NCBI GenBank assembly: GCA_013265495.1
Contig: MU061578.1
Location: forward strand, 3,419,308 to 3,483,307
Origin: Vicugna vicugna
Taxonomy: Eukaryota
Direction of reading: 5' to 3'
Length of the DNA: 64,000 nt
The position numbers were made by a program, and so were the translations under genes. The notes below the pieces were generated by a model. That model had not been told where the DNA came from. It ran no database searches and saw nothing but the letters and a program-made list of their open reading frames with translations. The number at the start of each line of letters is the position of its first letter. The first letter of the stretch is position 1. This document shows, in pieces, positions 29,155-42,066 of this stretch.

Positions 29155-30449
29155 ACTTTCTGGCTCTCTGGAAACTGGTTACTCTCTTCCAACCAGATTG
29201 GGGGGGGTGTCCCAAAATTGGATGTGGGTGCTGTACATCCTGGGGCTCAAGGTCGGGATGGAAAGGGGTCCCAGCCCCCTCCTCAGCAATTGCCAAGATG
29301 TGCCAGCACCCCCAGGACATCCCAGCGTCTTGGGATTGGACAGAACATGGTGAGCCCATGTGGGCAGACAGAGATTTGGGAAGATGGTTTGAGGGGTGCA
29401 GCTAGAAAGGAGCCCTCCCTTCTCTGGGTGTTAAGGGTGTGCTGGCCACTGGAAGATCAGAGTTGCTGGCTGGCGCTGGCCGTAAGCCTCAGCTGGGGCC
29501 CTCCTTTTCAGCTTCCACCTAATGGAGACCTACCCAGGGTGAAGTGTGGCGCTGAGGGTCCTGAACCCAGCTGGCTACAGGGGCTGTGGGGTGGGGTCCA
29601 CCCAGGACTGCTCCCAAGGCCCCAAGGCCTGCAGGCCCTGAGGTTCACTCCAGCTTAAGGTCTCACAAGGCAGCTGTACCACCACCGCTGGGTTGAGGCG
29701 GACTGGAGCCAACTGGGCTAATGTTGATTACGCCAAGGTCATTGTCAGCCTAGCGGCCACTCTCCTAATCCAATTCTGCCCTAGCCTGGCGAGGGCCCAA
29801 GGACCTTAGGCCTTGGAGTCGGGGTGGGGCGAGTAGAGACTGTTTCACACGGCGGCAAGGAAGAGGGGAGGTCGTTGGGGTCAGGCTGGCAGGAGGAGGG
29901 GGGAGGGCGGGTGGGACTTGGGCTCCTGGGTGGGCCATGGCTTTGGCGGCGGCCTGTTTCCCCTCGCAACCCTCGGAGGGCTCCAGGCGCGGTGCAGTGG
30001 AAGATGCGGGAAGCCCTGGGGCTCTTCCGGGCCCCTAAGTCCTAGGAGACACAGTTCCCCTCAATCCCCCTGGGCCCTGCCCGGGGTGGGGGGACGGCGG
30101 GGAGACAGAGCAGGGTGTGGCGAGGAAGGCGGTAAGGGTGGCCGCCTGGCGAGCTCAAAGCGCTCCCAGGACCAAGCCCCAGCCCCCCACCGCCGGCGGG
30201 CGGGCAGGCTGGCGAAGGATGGAGGTGGCTGTGGCGTGGTGGAGGGCGGGCGTGCAGTGCGGGCACGAGGGGCATGCACAAAGTCCCCGAATGTGCGTGC
30301 GTGCGCGGGGCTGGTCAGTCCGCCGCCCTCCCTGCCCGGGGCGGGGCCGGGAGGAGAACGAGGGGCCGAGGAGCCGCGGCTCAGCGGCGCCCCGGCGTCC
30401 CCGCCCAGAGCGCGGCGGGCTCCTGCGACGGGGGCGGGGAGGCCCGGCG

Positions 30450-33400
30450 CTACTCGATGACGAGGCAGCGGGGCAGGTGCTGCGAGAAGTACTTGAAGAG
30501 CTCAGGGGTGGCCCCAGGGCAGTTGGTCAGCTCCAGCTCCTCCAGCTCCTGCAGCTGCACCAGGCCCGACAGCCCTGTGGTGGTCAGCAGCGGGCAGCCT
30601 GCGGCGGGCGGGAGGCGGGTCGGCGGCTGAGTGGGCGGGGCCCGGGGCTCCGAGAGGCGCGGGGGGCGGGGGTCCTCGGACTGAGACCTGGGCCACAGCG
30701 AGTCAACCCCAGGTATGGATCTGCACAGGGGACCCGGCAGGGCTGGCTGAGTCGGACTAGGTGTGGGTAGGTGGTCACCGTCCAGGAGGGCACCAGGGGG
30801 TCTCACCTGCCAGAGACAAGAGACGCAAACTCCTCATGGCCAGGAGGTGCTTCAGCCCAAAGTCCTGCACCTGCGCGGGAGGGCGAGGCGAGTTTGTTTA
30901 CGTTGGCTCCCTGAGGGAGCCTCATTCCTGGGGTCAGGCCATAGGGGGCGGGGTATGGGTTCAAAACGGGGGTTTCTCAGCTCCCCACAGAGTCGGTGAG
31001 GGCCCTGGGGACTCCTTTCTCTCCGCTTATGTCGGCCGATGGGTGTGGGGGATCCCAGACTTCCCTACAAGATCTGAGTGGGCCGGGTGCAGGTCAGCTG
31101 CTTGTCTGGGTGGGGGATTTCCCCGTGCCCCCCACCTCCCCTGCCTACTCCCCAATCTCCAGAGGCGTGGAGGGCTGGTACCTGGCAGCACCATCGCAGG
31201 TAGAGACTGCGGAGGGAGGACATTGTGGACAAATAGCTGAGGCCAGTGTCCGTGATGCGTACACACCTGTGGTCGCAACAGAGGGGGGCTGCCCACCTTC
31301 AAATCACCTTGCCCAGCCCCTCAGTTTCGACCCCTTCCTTCTTTTTCTGGAGTGCTCCTGGCGTGAACTCCCCACCTCCCCACCATGGCCCCGCCCTTTC
31401 CATAGCCCCATCCCAGCCAGGCTTCACCCCTACCTGGTCACTGAGTGCTATTCTCTACTCCAGAGGACACAGCTCAGCCCTGCCCTCACTTGGCTGGCGT
31501 CTTATCAGGGCCCCGCCTCCCTAGCCGCAGCCCTACTCTAGCTACAGGCCTGTCCACTACTCGAGGCTCCCTAGTTAGAAGGTCCAGTAACCCTCACCCA
31601 GCCCTGCCCTCCACAGCCCCAGGATGGGGGATATGCATACCTGTCCAGCACAAGCTCCTCCAGGCGGTGCAGATCGCAGGCCACGTACTCGAGAGCCATG
31701 TCGGTGATGCGTGGGCACCACGAGAGGTCGAGGCTGCGTAGCTTGCGCAGGTTCTCGGCTACAAGCTCCACGCCATCATCGGTGACCTTGGAGCAGCCAG
31801 AGAGGCTGAGAGCAGTGAGATTGGGCAGGCTGTGCACCACATTGACAACACCGTGGTTGGTGATCTCCCAGCAGGAGAGGAGGCGCAGCGTGTGTGTGCT
31901 GTGGCCTTGGCGCGCCGTGAAGTAGGCCAGCGCTGTGTCCGTCACGTGGTAGGCCTGCAAGCTCAGCTCGGCCAGGTTGGGCAGCAGCTGTGAGATGGCT
32001 GCAATAGCGTCGTCGGCCACATTGATGCAGTCGCTCACGCTCAGCGAGGTGATGCGAGCACTCAGGCTGGACCACAGCCCAGCCTCGGTGAAGTCGTTGC
32101 AGCCCGACAGCTCAAGGCGCACCACACCTTGCATCTGCTCCAGCATCACCTGCAGGCGGGCAGGCATGGGGTCAGGAGGCCTCAACCTCGCCCTTGCCTT
32201 GGTAGAAGCCTACCACCGTTTCCCCAGGTGAGCCCCTCCCTGCAAGGCGTGGTGAGGATGGTAGGAGTCAGGGCAGAAGGAGCCCACTGAGGGGCAGGAA
32301 GCTGTGTTCTTGAGCACGTAGATGGTGTAAACATGCATCAAGCTGTATGCTGACTAGTGCACTTACAGTGTGTTCATTACACCTGAACAACATTCAAAAA
32401 AGGAGGCAGGCCACAGGAGATCTGGGAGCCCAGGGCCTGGCTGGAGTAGGTGCTCAGAGCCGTTGGTGTTAATGATTTGATTTTTAGAGTCTAGGTCCTG
32501 CACAGCTGCTCCTCCAACCTCTGCCCCTACTCCTCCTACCTCCTCCAGCATCCTCCCAACCCACAGTGGGCTTCAGAGGCATGCAGGGCCCTGAGCTCAG
32601 AAGGGCCTCACATTTAATTGGCTACTTTGCTGTCACTGGCTTGAAATTCTTAGTCATCTTGGAACATGGGACCTGACTTTTCAGTTTGGACTGGATCCCC
32701 CCAAATTATGTAGACAGTTCCTCACCCCAGAGCCATGCTCCTCCTCAGGGCACCAGCCCCGCCCTTGGCTGCTTTGCTGCTTGGTGCCCAAGCTTCCTCT
32801 TGGTGCTGCCTCCCACTTCCCCCCAACACATGCTTAGTGGTTGCTGCCTGCCCCTGCCCCTGATCCCTGCCCCTTCCAGGCCAGTGTCAGGGCGCACCTC
32901 CAGGCCAGCGTCAGTGATGGTGGAACGCTTGAGGCTCATGGCCTTGACACCCTTCTTGGAGAGGGCATAGTTGTCGATGAACTCACAGATGTCCAGGTCG
33001 GAGACTCCAACCAGGCAGAAACCCTCAAAGCCGCGTGCTGCAAAGCCCTGCAGGCTCACAAATTCCTTCTCACCTCCAGGCAGCACTGTGTAGAGCTCCT
33101 TGGCGTGCAGCACAGGTGTGAGGCCCGCCCAGAACTTGGGCTGATAGAGCACACGCCTCCAGGCCTTGCACACCTGAGCCAGCACGCACTTCTCGCAGGC
33201 GGAGAAGTACCAGAAGAGACCATTGAGGATTTTCTCGTCGGTGGCCAGTGGTGGCCGTTCTGCTGGGGGCCCAGGCACCGGAGCTGAGGCTGGTCCACCA
33301 AGGGGGAGCCCCGCCGGGGGGCATAGGCCCCCGGCCAGGGCAGCCCGGGGCGGCGGGGCAGCCAGGCTGGGTGGTGGGAGGGAGAGTGGGGGTGGGTGAC

Positions 33401-33539
33401 AGGGTCGGTTCTTGGCAGCCGGTGTGCCCTTGGTGATGCTGGCTGTGCCCAGGCCGTTGGGCTGGCCTGGCAGCTTCACCAAACCATTGCGAGGCAAGCA
33501 TGGAGGCTTGGGATCGCCGTTGATGCCCGGGCTCGACAT
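30450..33539 (-). CDS. FBXL16: F-box/LRR-repeat protein 16, complete, 482 aa, 5 coding exons
   Basis: Coding exons 33539-32898, 32149-31641, 31266-31182, 30870-30807, 30598-30450 (1449 nt). [21 protein letters not shown]-box [30 protein letters not shown], LRRs ([11 protein letters not shown]), ends HLPRCLVIE*. Confidence 0.97.
32310..32402 (+). mobile_element. Short old L1M 3' terminal fragment
   Basis: gatggtgtaaacatgcatcaagctgtatgc...gtgcacttacagtgtgttcattacacctgaacaacattcaaaaa ends in an A-run, like an L1M 3' end. Confidence 0.5.
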
Positions 33540-33759
33540 CTTCCTCACTCGGTCTGCAGACAGGATCCAGGAAGGGGGAGTGAGTTTGCTGCCGGGGTAG
33601 AGCTGGGCTCCTTTCCATCCCTGGGCAACCCTTCCCACATCATTCCCAGAACCACCCAAAAGAAGGGGTCTGAGTGCAAGTCCCACCCCCCAGCTACAGG
33701 AGGGCAGGGCTGGTCATGACCACGACGCTCCCTGAGCACCTTCTATATGCTCTTAGCTC

Positions 33760-33860
33760 AACTTCCACCCACTCACAGAACATTTTGCCATGTAGGAAAT
33801 ACAGCTCCCATTTTACAGATAAGAGAACAGAGGCTGAGGGAGACAGACACTCACCTGTGA
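33760..33860. mobile_element. MIR fragment
   Basis: cccattttacagataagagaacagaggctgaggga matches the MIR core (cccattttacagatgaggaaactgaggc). Confidence 0.6.
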
Positions 33861-34169
33861 CTGCTCCCTTTGCCTTTGCTACCCTGATGCCTACTGTCAG
33901 TGCCTGCGAGGCCTGCCTCTACTGGGCAGGGGCTGAAGAACTGAGGGTTTGGGACATTCTCTGGTCCCTCCTCTATGGGGTGCCAGGGTACTCTCTGGAG
34001 TGGTTCCAGTACCCCCTCTGAAACTCACACACCAACCTCGGAGAATCTCAGTGGCTACAGGAAGTTCTGTGGTTCAGAATCCACCCAAAGAAAGGGCAAG
34101 TGTCTTCCCGGGGTGTTTACCATGATCCAGCACAGTTAGCCCTGGAAATATTATTTCTTCAATCCTTCA

Positions 34170-34300
34170 CTCAAACCATTGAGGATGATGCTATGATGAC
34201 TGTACCCATTGTATAGGTGAGGAAATCACGGCTGAGGCAGCTGAACTGCTTGTCTGAGGTCATAGTAAGTGGTGGAGCCAAGACTCAGACACAGAGCTGG
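34170..34300. mobile_element. MIR fragment
   Basis: cccattgtataggtgaggaaatcacggctgagg...cttgtctgaggtcatagtaagtggtggagcc. Confidence 0.6.
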
Positions 34301-35462
34301 CTGTGGAAGGCTATGTGTAGGGAGCTTCCCACAGGGTGGGGCTGAGACCACCACCCAGCTCCCTTCCTCAGGCCTCTGAGGCTGTGAATGGTTGGCAGAG
34401 TTCACTAGGCACAGATGACCCTGGAGACAAGGGGCAGTGGGACCCTCACAATGCCATCATCTATTCTTCATTCTAGATCTCCTGCCTGTCCCTACCTCAG
34501 ACATTCAGCAAGAAAGTAATGTACCCCGTGGCTCACCCCACCCTGGCTGTATAGCCTCGGTGAGCCACTTCCCTTCTCCATGCCTCACTTTCCTCACTTC
34601 AAAGCCTAGGAGGTGATGATATCGCCTCATGGGACAGTGTGGGAAAAGGACAAAGTGTAGTGCATGGCTTGTAGTGAGCCTGCTGGCGAGAGGGGAAGAG
34701 GACGGGAGTCACCAGGAATGGGGGAAGCCCGTGGTCCCGCCTGTCTCTTCCCAGCGCCATGCCCTCCACTGGCTTCCAAGCCCTGGACAGGACAATACTT
34801 GCCAGCATTCCATGTCTGGGGAGGGGGTGCATCCTGGCCTGGGACCAAGGGTCTTCCTGAAATACGTGGCCCTTGTGGCTGCCAAACCACAACCTTTGGG
34901 TCCAAAGGTCTTCCTGCCCTGGTAGCCATGAACCTCCCGGCCTGCAGTACACCCTGGGTCCTCCTTCCCCAGAGGAGGCTCCCACACCCTGGATGCCCCT
35001 ACTGCAGCTCATGACCACTCTTGCTCACACTGGCCGATACGGGACATCCATAACAACGTTTGCTGAATGCCCACTGGGATAATTGTATATTTCAATCTCA
35101 CAGCAGCCCTGGCGGGGGCACTACTGTTACCACCGTTTTCAGATTAGGAGCCTGAGGCTCCCAAGAGTTACAGTTTGCCCACAGTGGCAGGGACAGCCTG
35201 ACATGAGGGCTGCTCCAGATCCCTTAATGCCAGTACATAGGAGGGGACCATGATGGGACAGCAGTGCCTCATGTTGGGACAGGATGAAGCCTACGACTGT
35301 CCCCCTCCACTCCTGGGGCCAGGGGTGAGGCTGTCCTGGCAACTCCCTCCTGTGAACTATGCTGGGTACAGAGAGGCAGCCCCAGTTTGAGTACCTTCTG
35401 TGTCCCCGAAGCAGGGCACGCCGGCTTGCCACAGACCGGGCGCGGCCGGCCTGACGCCTGCC

Positions 35463-35554
35463 GGCAGCACCATGGACAGCACCCCTCCAGCCGCCTTCCG
35501 GGGGCTCGGAGGCCAGGCCCGGCCCGGCCCGCCCGCTCCACCACGGACAGCGGC
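35463..35554 (+). promoter_or_regulatory. Two RE1/NRSE (REST) motifs in FBXL16 intron 1
   Basis: GGCAGCACCATGGACAGCACC (35463-35483) and CGCTCCACCACGGACAGCGGC (35534-35554), against the consensus TTCAGCACCACGGACAGCGCC. Confidence 0.7.
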
Positions 35555-38500
35555 AGGACCTCGGGATGGCCTGGCAAACCCAGCTCAGCAGGGAGGGGCC
35601 CTGGAGGCTGGAGGGAGCGGGGAGGGGACGCCCGCTCGGCTAACATTCCGAGGAGGCGGCGGAGGCGGCACCAGGGGAGAAATAACTCAAGAGCAGTACC
35701 GATTTAGGTTGAAAATGCTCTGAGCCATGGGTGTGCACGTGGAGTGCCTGAGTTGACGGGATCACGTGTATGCCCCGGGCATCTGCGGGGCTCCCTCCGC
35801 ATCCCCCGCGGGAACTCACATTTGCATACACCCACAGTCTCATCCCCACCCTCCAGGCCTCTGGGTCGAGGTGGCCCATGGAAGAGAGCTCAAGGGAGGG
35901 AAGGGCCAAGCCAAACATGGCCCTCAGCAGCCTGTGGGGAGTGTCTGAGGCCGCTTGTCCCACACCCCCATCCCAGGCCAGTAGGCACTGGCCTGCCTGT
36001 AGGTAAATTCTCCTTCCTCAACCCTTCCCCCCCACCCTAGATTGGAGCTGCCTCCCTGGAGGCAGCCTTGCTGCTCTACAATCTTGTCCATAGTCTTGCT
36101 GTGCTCCAGATGCTCCCTATACTCCAGGCTCATTGACCTAGCCTCAGTCCTGAGCTCATGTCACAGATGGCTCTTCCTGCCAGTTAGGCAAGAGGTCCCT
36201 GGGAGGCTGAGATGAGGGCTCCTCTCCTGGCCTGGCCCCACCCACCCAGCCAGACAGGTTGCAGAGCCCCCTATCTTCTTGGTACCTGTGACTGACCCCA
36301 CTGTACCCTGTGGGGTTAGGAAGACCTGCTTGGATTTTCTTGCCAGGATGGGGCAGGGGCAGCTGTCAGTCCACTGGGGACTATCTCCCCACTTTGGGAC
36401 AAGCACCAGGAGCTAAAACCAGGAAAAGGGGCTTTAAAAACAAAGATGGCCAAATTTGCACTCTTCTTAGCCTCAGCCCCTGGTGTGTTGTGTCTGTGCA
36501 GGGTGGAATTCTGAGGGAGGTCCCCTCCTGGGATGGGCTGCGGGGATTAGAGATTCCTGGGTTCATTCCAGGGGAAGACAGGAGATGCTGGTCACTACTT
36601 TAGTTGTTTTGTCCCCACCAGCCTGAGCCAGAGCTGGATCAGGGTACCACTTGGGAGAGCTGACCATGGTCTCTGAGTTTCCCCAGCTGACTCATGTCAA
36701 GCATGGGGGCCAGAGTGGACCTAGGGAGCATGATGGGGTTCTGGGGACTCCTGGGAGGACTTCAGAACTTGGTGGCTTCCTGGCTGACAGTCTGCAGATC
36801 ACCATGTGGGACTTCCTAAGGAGCTGCCTCTTTTGCAGGTCAAGTCACTGGGCCCTGAGACCCAGCAAGTCCACCTTACAGCCTCACTTCCAGTTCCTTT
36901 CCATCCCTGACCCTAAAGTCCAGCCAGACCCCGGTACCGCATTCCTCCTTCCCTCCCCCTCTCTGCCTGGGCACAAGCTGGTTCCCCTGCTTGTTCAGTA
37001 GACCTCCCTACTCCTTAACCCTGCAAGCTCGTTCTCTTGCATCTTCAGTGTGAGTACTGCCCCTGCCTCTCCCTGTGGGACCCCCACATCTCCAGAGTCT
37101 CTGTCATCACTATCTACCTGCCTACTTCTCCCCTTGGCTGGCGACTCCTTGAGGACAGACAGCACAATGGCTGAGTGGCCTCTGGCAGTTTGCTGAATGA
37201 ATGAAGAATGGCAGTTCATTTATCAGGGTCATGCAGAAAGGGGTGCAGCTGCCAGAGGCCCAGGAAGCAGGATGGAGGGCAGTCAATGCAAGAGCTGTAG
37301 TTCAACTTGTCAATCTTGGTTGTGACAGAGGCCAGTGTCCACATGGGAGGGGGGCCACTGGGGTTGGGGCTGGGCTGGTGTCAGAGTCTCTGGGAAGTCT
37401 CACAAGACCCTGGGGCTTGAGGTGGGCCTTGCCATTATTCAGACGCTTGGGAAGAGGATGGCTCAGGTCTCCTTTTTGGCTGAGTACCCCACTGAGTGCT
37501 GCAGGGTTAGGAAGCTGGCTGCCTGTCACACATAATCTGGCCAGACCTAAGGGGAAGGGGACAGGAAGCACCAGAAAGGAGGGAAGCCTGGTCCTGTCCT
37601 GCTCTCCCAGCACCAAGTCCACCTCCCCATTGCTGTCTGAGCCCTTCGTATGCCTCCAGACCACAAATGGGGAGCCAGAAAAACTTACATCAGGTCCATC
37701 TGCAGTGACAGCCCCAGGGTCTGGGGTGACACCTGAGGTATCTTGGGATTGGGGACACACTGCAGGCTGACACATTCCATGACAAGCCCCGTGACTCAGG
37801 CACATTCACATCCCTGCCACTTTGCACATGTCCTTGCAGCAGCGCAACCCTCCCGCCCCCAGCTTGGAGATGCTTCTGAGGTGCAGGCTTCCCCACCCAT
37901 GCACCAGGGGCTCTGGGAATGGTGCATGTGGGCCTTGAGGGAGACCTGAGCTGGTGCTCCAGCAGACTGAGTCCTGTGGCCAAAGTCATGGCAGCTCAGC
38001 CGTATGGGACTGTGGGTACCTTGGGGAGTGGACCCTGGGCTCCAGACCTCATCTTGGCCCCTCTGCTCTGAAGGAAATGAGCCCCCTTCCAGTCCCTGCT
38101 GCTTTGGGTGGCTGCCCCAAACCCTCCCAGACGAAGGAATGTGGCCTGAGCCCACTCTCTGCAGCTGGTCTGCCTAGGGCTCATCCTGGGCCACTGGTAG
38201 GGAAGGTTCTGGGTCACCCACTTACCCCACAGTTTCCTTTGGCACCACCTCCACTTTCCCCCTACGTCAGACCTCTGAGACACAGCAGCAAGCTCCTACG
38301 TGTGACAAGACAGGGGCGGCCAACAGCTAAGCTGTGCTAGCCAAGGAACCCCTTCCCCGACCTCTGGGTGAGATGTCTCCCTGGCTCTCAGCCATGCAGT
38401 CCTTCCTGAGGCCAGACCCAGCTGTCCTGAGTGTCCTAGGTCCCCTGACCTCAGAGGCCACTTGTTTCCTTCTGACCAGTGGGAGATAGGACTCGCTCAA

Positions 38501-39773
38501 GTGGCCTGGAAGTGGATGTAAGCTGGAGGATGGGATCTGTCCAGTGAACCTCCATAGCATTAAAGGTGCTTGTAGGCCTGGCCCAAGGGGTAGTAGAGGT
38601 GGGGGCACTAGGCAGTGCAGGTGGCAGGCACTGGGCCAGATGAGTGTTGGGATCCCCTGGGGCCCAAACAGCCCTCTTTGCACTGACCATGTTTATGACT
38701 GGGGCTTGAATTTTCCCTCCTCCCCAGACAGCTCTTGGTCCAGCCCTGTGGCCACCTCCTGCTGGGCCAGTAGGTCTCCATCAGTCCTCCTCCCTGGTCT
38801 GTGGGACCCCAAAACTCTCAGGGTCCCAACCCAACCCAGGCCTTCTCCAAGGATGCTCTCTAGTAGTCCTCAAAGGCGTCTGATGGGAGAAGAGGCCCTA
38901 TGCCCCGGTTGGCACAGGGAGGCCTGAGCTGAGCCTGGTCAGTGGGTCCTGGGAAGTGGCAGGTGAAGCAGCATCCGCCATCTGCTCCTTCCATGGAGGG
39001 AAAGCTTCCTGTGCAGATGCTGGGAGGGGCTGGAGGAGTGGCCACTGGCCCATGGCTTCCCTGAGGCTCCAGCAGCCAGGCCTCCTCTCCTTCTGGGGTC
39101 ATAAGTGGGGGACTTTCCCCATCCACTCAAACTTCCAGAAAGACAGGACTCCCCCCAGCAAGTCTCAGAGTGCCCAGTCCTCCTTCTGGGGCCCTCCAGC
39201 CTTGGTCAGCTCCCAGCCCTCCTCCAGAACCAGGCACATGGCCAGCTCCCTCCCTTCCCCTTGTTCTCCCACTGTGGCAGCTCCACACAGGGTTGGGTCC
39301 AGGAGGTGTCCAGGGGCAGATCAGCTCCAGGCCAAGCGTCCACAAGCTCCTCCGGTAGTGTAATTGTACCTAACACCTGTCTCACAGGCCCAGGGCTCAT
39401 GGTGCTGGGGTGGGGAACCCAGAGTGCAGTCGGGTCCAGGACCTCACCCAAGCAGCCCAGCTGGGGGTCTGCAATTCAGCTTCCACAGGGCCACAGTCAG
39501 GTGGCACCAACCTACAGCCCAGGTCCAGTTGCCATGGGGATCGAGTCTCGACCAGGCGGGCCACTGGGGTGAAGGGCTGTGGGAAGGTCTGGCAGGGCCA
39601 GAGGCCCAGCTGCAGCAGCCAGGGAAGGGGCTGCGGTTACGTAAGCCCTCTGGGGGTGGCAGCGGCGGCGCTGTCCCAAGCCCCCTCCCCACCCCCTCCT
39701 CATTGTAGTATCCACGGTGTTGTGGCCTGGCCTCCTCCCTGCCCTGTAGCCTGGCCCGGCACACACACCTTAC

Positions 39774-40200
39774 CTCGGCCCGGGCTCCTGGCTCATGCCA
39801 CGCTGTCCACCGGGCGTCCTCCCGTCATGGGGAGCCCGGCATGCGCACCGGCGAAGCGGGGAGGCGGCCGAGGTGCTGGCCTGGCCGGCAGGGCCCGGCC
39901 GCGCCCCGCGCCCCGGCCTGGCCGGCCCCCTCGGCCGCGCTCCGAGAGGAACTCCCCAGTGGGAGAGGATCGGCCGCCCCGAGCCTCCCACCGGGGAGGC
40001 TGAGGCTGTGCCCAGATAAATAAGGCCGCTTTGCAGGGAGCCAGGAGAGCACCTCCTCCCTCCCCTCGTCCTCCCCGCGCTCCTCCTCCGCCCTCCTCCC
40101 AGCGCTCCTCCGCGGCCGCCGGAGGCGCCGCGCGCGCCCCACACCCAGCCTTACGCGCCGCGCCTTTGCGCGCTCCCGGCGCCAGGAGCCAATCCGGTTT
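39774..40200 (-). other. FBXL16: Probable non-coding exon 1 of FBXL16 within a CpG island (5' bound approximate)
   Basis: Strong donor GAG|GTAAGG at 39774/39773, matching acceptor at 33553, CpG island at about 39780-40520, and a CCAAT box near 40190. Confidence 0.7.
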
Positions 40201-41889
40201 GGCGAGCCCGGGCGGGGGCGCCGAGGATGCTGAGCCCGGCCTCGCCAGCCCCGCCCCGCCCTGCCGCGCGCACAGCGCGCTCCCGCCGCGGTGCCCACGG
40301 GCACGCGCCAGCGCGGCTTGCACCCCTGCCCTCCCTCGCCACGGGCGCTCGCACAATAACAAACCCGGGCGCATGGCCGGGAGGGGAGGGCCGAGTAAGT
40401 CAGGGCGCGCGGCCGGAGAGCGGGCCCGGAGCAAGCTCTGCCTGTGTGAAGCGGTGGGGAACCCCAAATCCTGAGGGGCGAAAAGGACTCGAGCCCTTGG
40501 GCGCCAGCGGTTGGCCCAGGGGTGAGCGAACGGTCCGACCCTCTTCCTCCTGGCTCCTCCTGCGGAGCAGAAGGTGAGGCTCCCTTCAGGGCCCTCATCT
40601 GCGCACCTGCTGGGTGCCAGGCGCAGGAACCTCCCTCAGTGGGGAACACAGTTGCACACCTGCAAAGCCAGAAACAAGTGACCAGGAGATCATTTCAGAA
40701 AGTGATGAGTACGATGAAAGTAAGAGAGCCACGGAATGGTGACCCCAGGAGAGTGATGGTGGTAGTGGAGTTCCTGAGGACATGACACCAGAGCTGAGAC
40801 CCCCAAGGGTGGGAGGGCAGAGAAAGTTGTCCAGGGAGGGGTGTGCAAAGGTCCCGAGGCCTTAAGGAGCCTGGCGAGTACCCTCTGGAAGGGACTGGAG
40901 GTCTCAGTGGTGGCAGCTTAGTCTGGACAGACTGGGAAAGAGGGTGGGGTGGGGTGTGGTGGGAGGGTGTGGAGGGCTCTGTCTGGGCCACTGGGGACAC
41001 CAGGCCTCCAAGCCGGCCCAGGACAGAGGACAGAAGCTAACGCTGTCCATTCTGGGGTCTCCTGGGAGCAGAGATGGCAGAGGGAACAGGTGTGAGGAGA
41101 GCAAAGTGGGTTCTTTGCATCAGAGAAGGGCCTCAGAGCTGAGAGACAGCCCCCTTGAGACAGCCTTAATAGAAATGAAACCAGCTGGTGTCTGCAACAT
41201 TTTGACAGGAAGTGGGGCCCAGTGAGGCTGGTGTAAGGGGAGGGCAGCGGGAGGGGGAACCAGGCTGGTCTGACCCTGGCTGGTTTGAGGGACATTGTGC
41301 CACTCTTGCTGTGTGTGGCACACTGGATGGGGTGAAGGCAGTTCTCCCATGTGGCTGACTGCAGAGTCACAGTCTCACTGATGCTGACCAAAGGAGGAGG
41401 CTTGGCCTGGGCAGGCAGGGTGGGTTGCCTGAAGACTTTGAGGTGACTGGGAGAGTGTTTGTTGTCCCATTCCCTCCAGTGTGTGGGTCTGGAAGTTTGG
41501 CCTTCCAGCTCAGCCTCCACCCCATGTGTGCAGGCGTGGGTCAGCATGGACCCTGGTGTAGATGGTGTCCTGACTGGTGGGCAGGGTTTCACTTGGTGAT
41601 TTGAGGGGGTCGAGAGGTCACTTGCCTTGGGAGAATCTGAGCACTTGCTTAGAGGGACATGAAACACTACTGTGGGGCTCCTCTTCCCCCTGCCCCACCT
41701 GTTCTAGTTGTAGAGGGGTCACTTTACAGGCATGTTTGGTCCCCATGCTCCCAGGGCTCCCTCTGCTCTTTGCTGCAGCCTGCAAAGCCCTGAGTCTCTG
41801 TCACTGTTGGCCTGAAGCCTTGCCCTGTACTTGGCCCCTTGCTCTTAGAGCTTCAGCTACACTGGCTTTCCAAGGAGGCACCATGTTCC

Positions 41890-42066
41890 TCACCTGGAGC
41901 ATCTCTCACCTGGAGCACACTTCACCTGGAGCACCCTTCACCTAGAGCACCCCTCACCTGAAGCACTCCTCACCTGGAACACCTCTCACCTGAAGAATCT
42001 CTCACCTGGAGCATCACCTCATCTGGAGAACCCCTCACCTGGAGCACCTCTCACATGGAGCACCCC
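41890..42066. repeat. 16-bp minisatellite, 11 copies, consensus TCACCTGGAGCACC(C/T)C
   Basis: Units start at 41890, 41906, 41922, 41938, 41954, 41970, 41986, 42002, 42019, 42035, 42051. Confidence 0.95.

Noticed and set aside
41890-42066. Regular short repeats as a CRISPR array
   Set aside because: Head-to-tail units with no unique spacers, in a mammalian context with no cas genes. It is a minisatellite.
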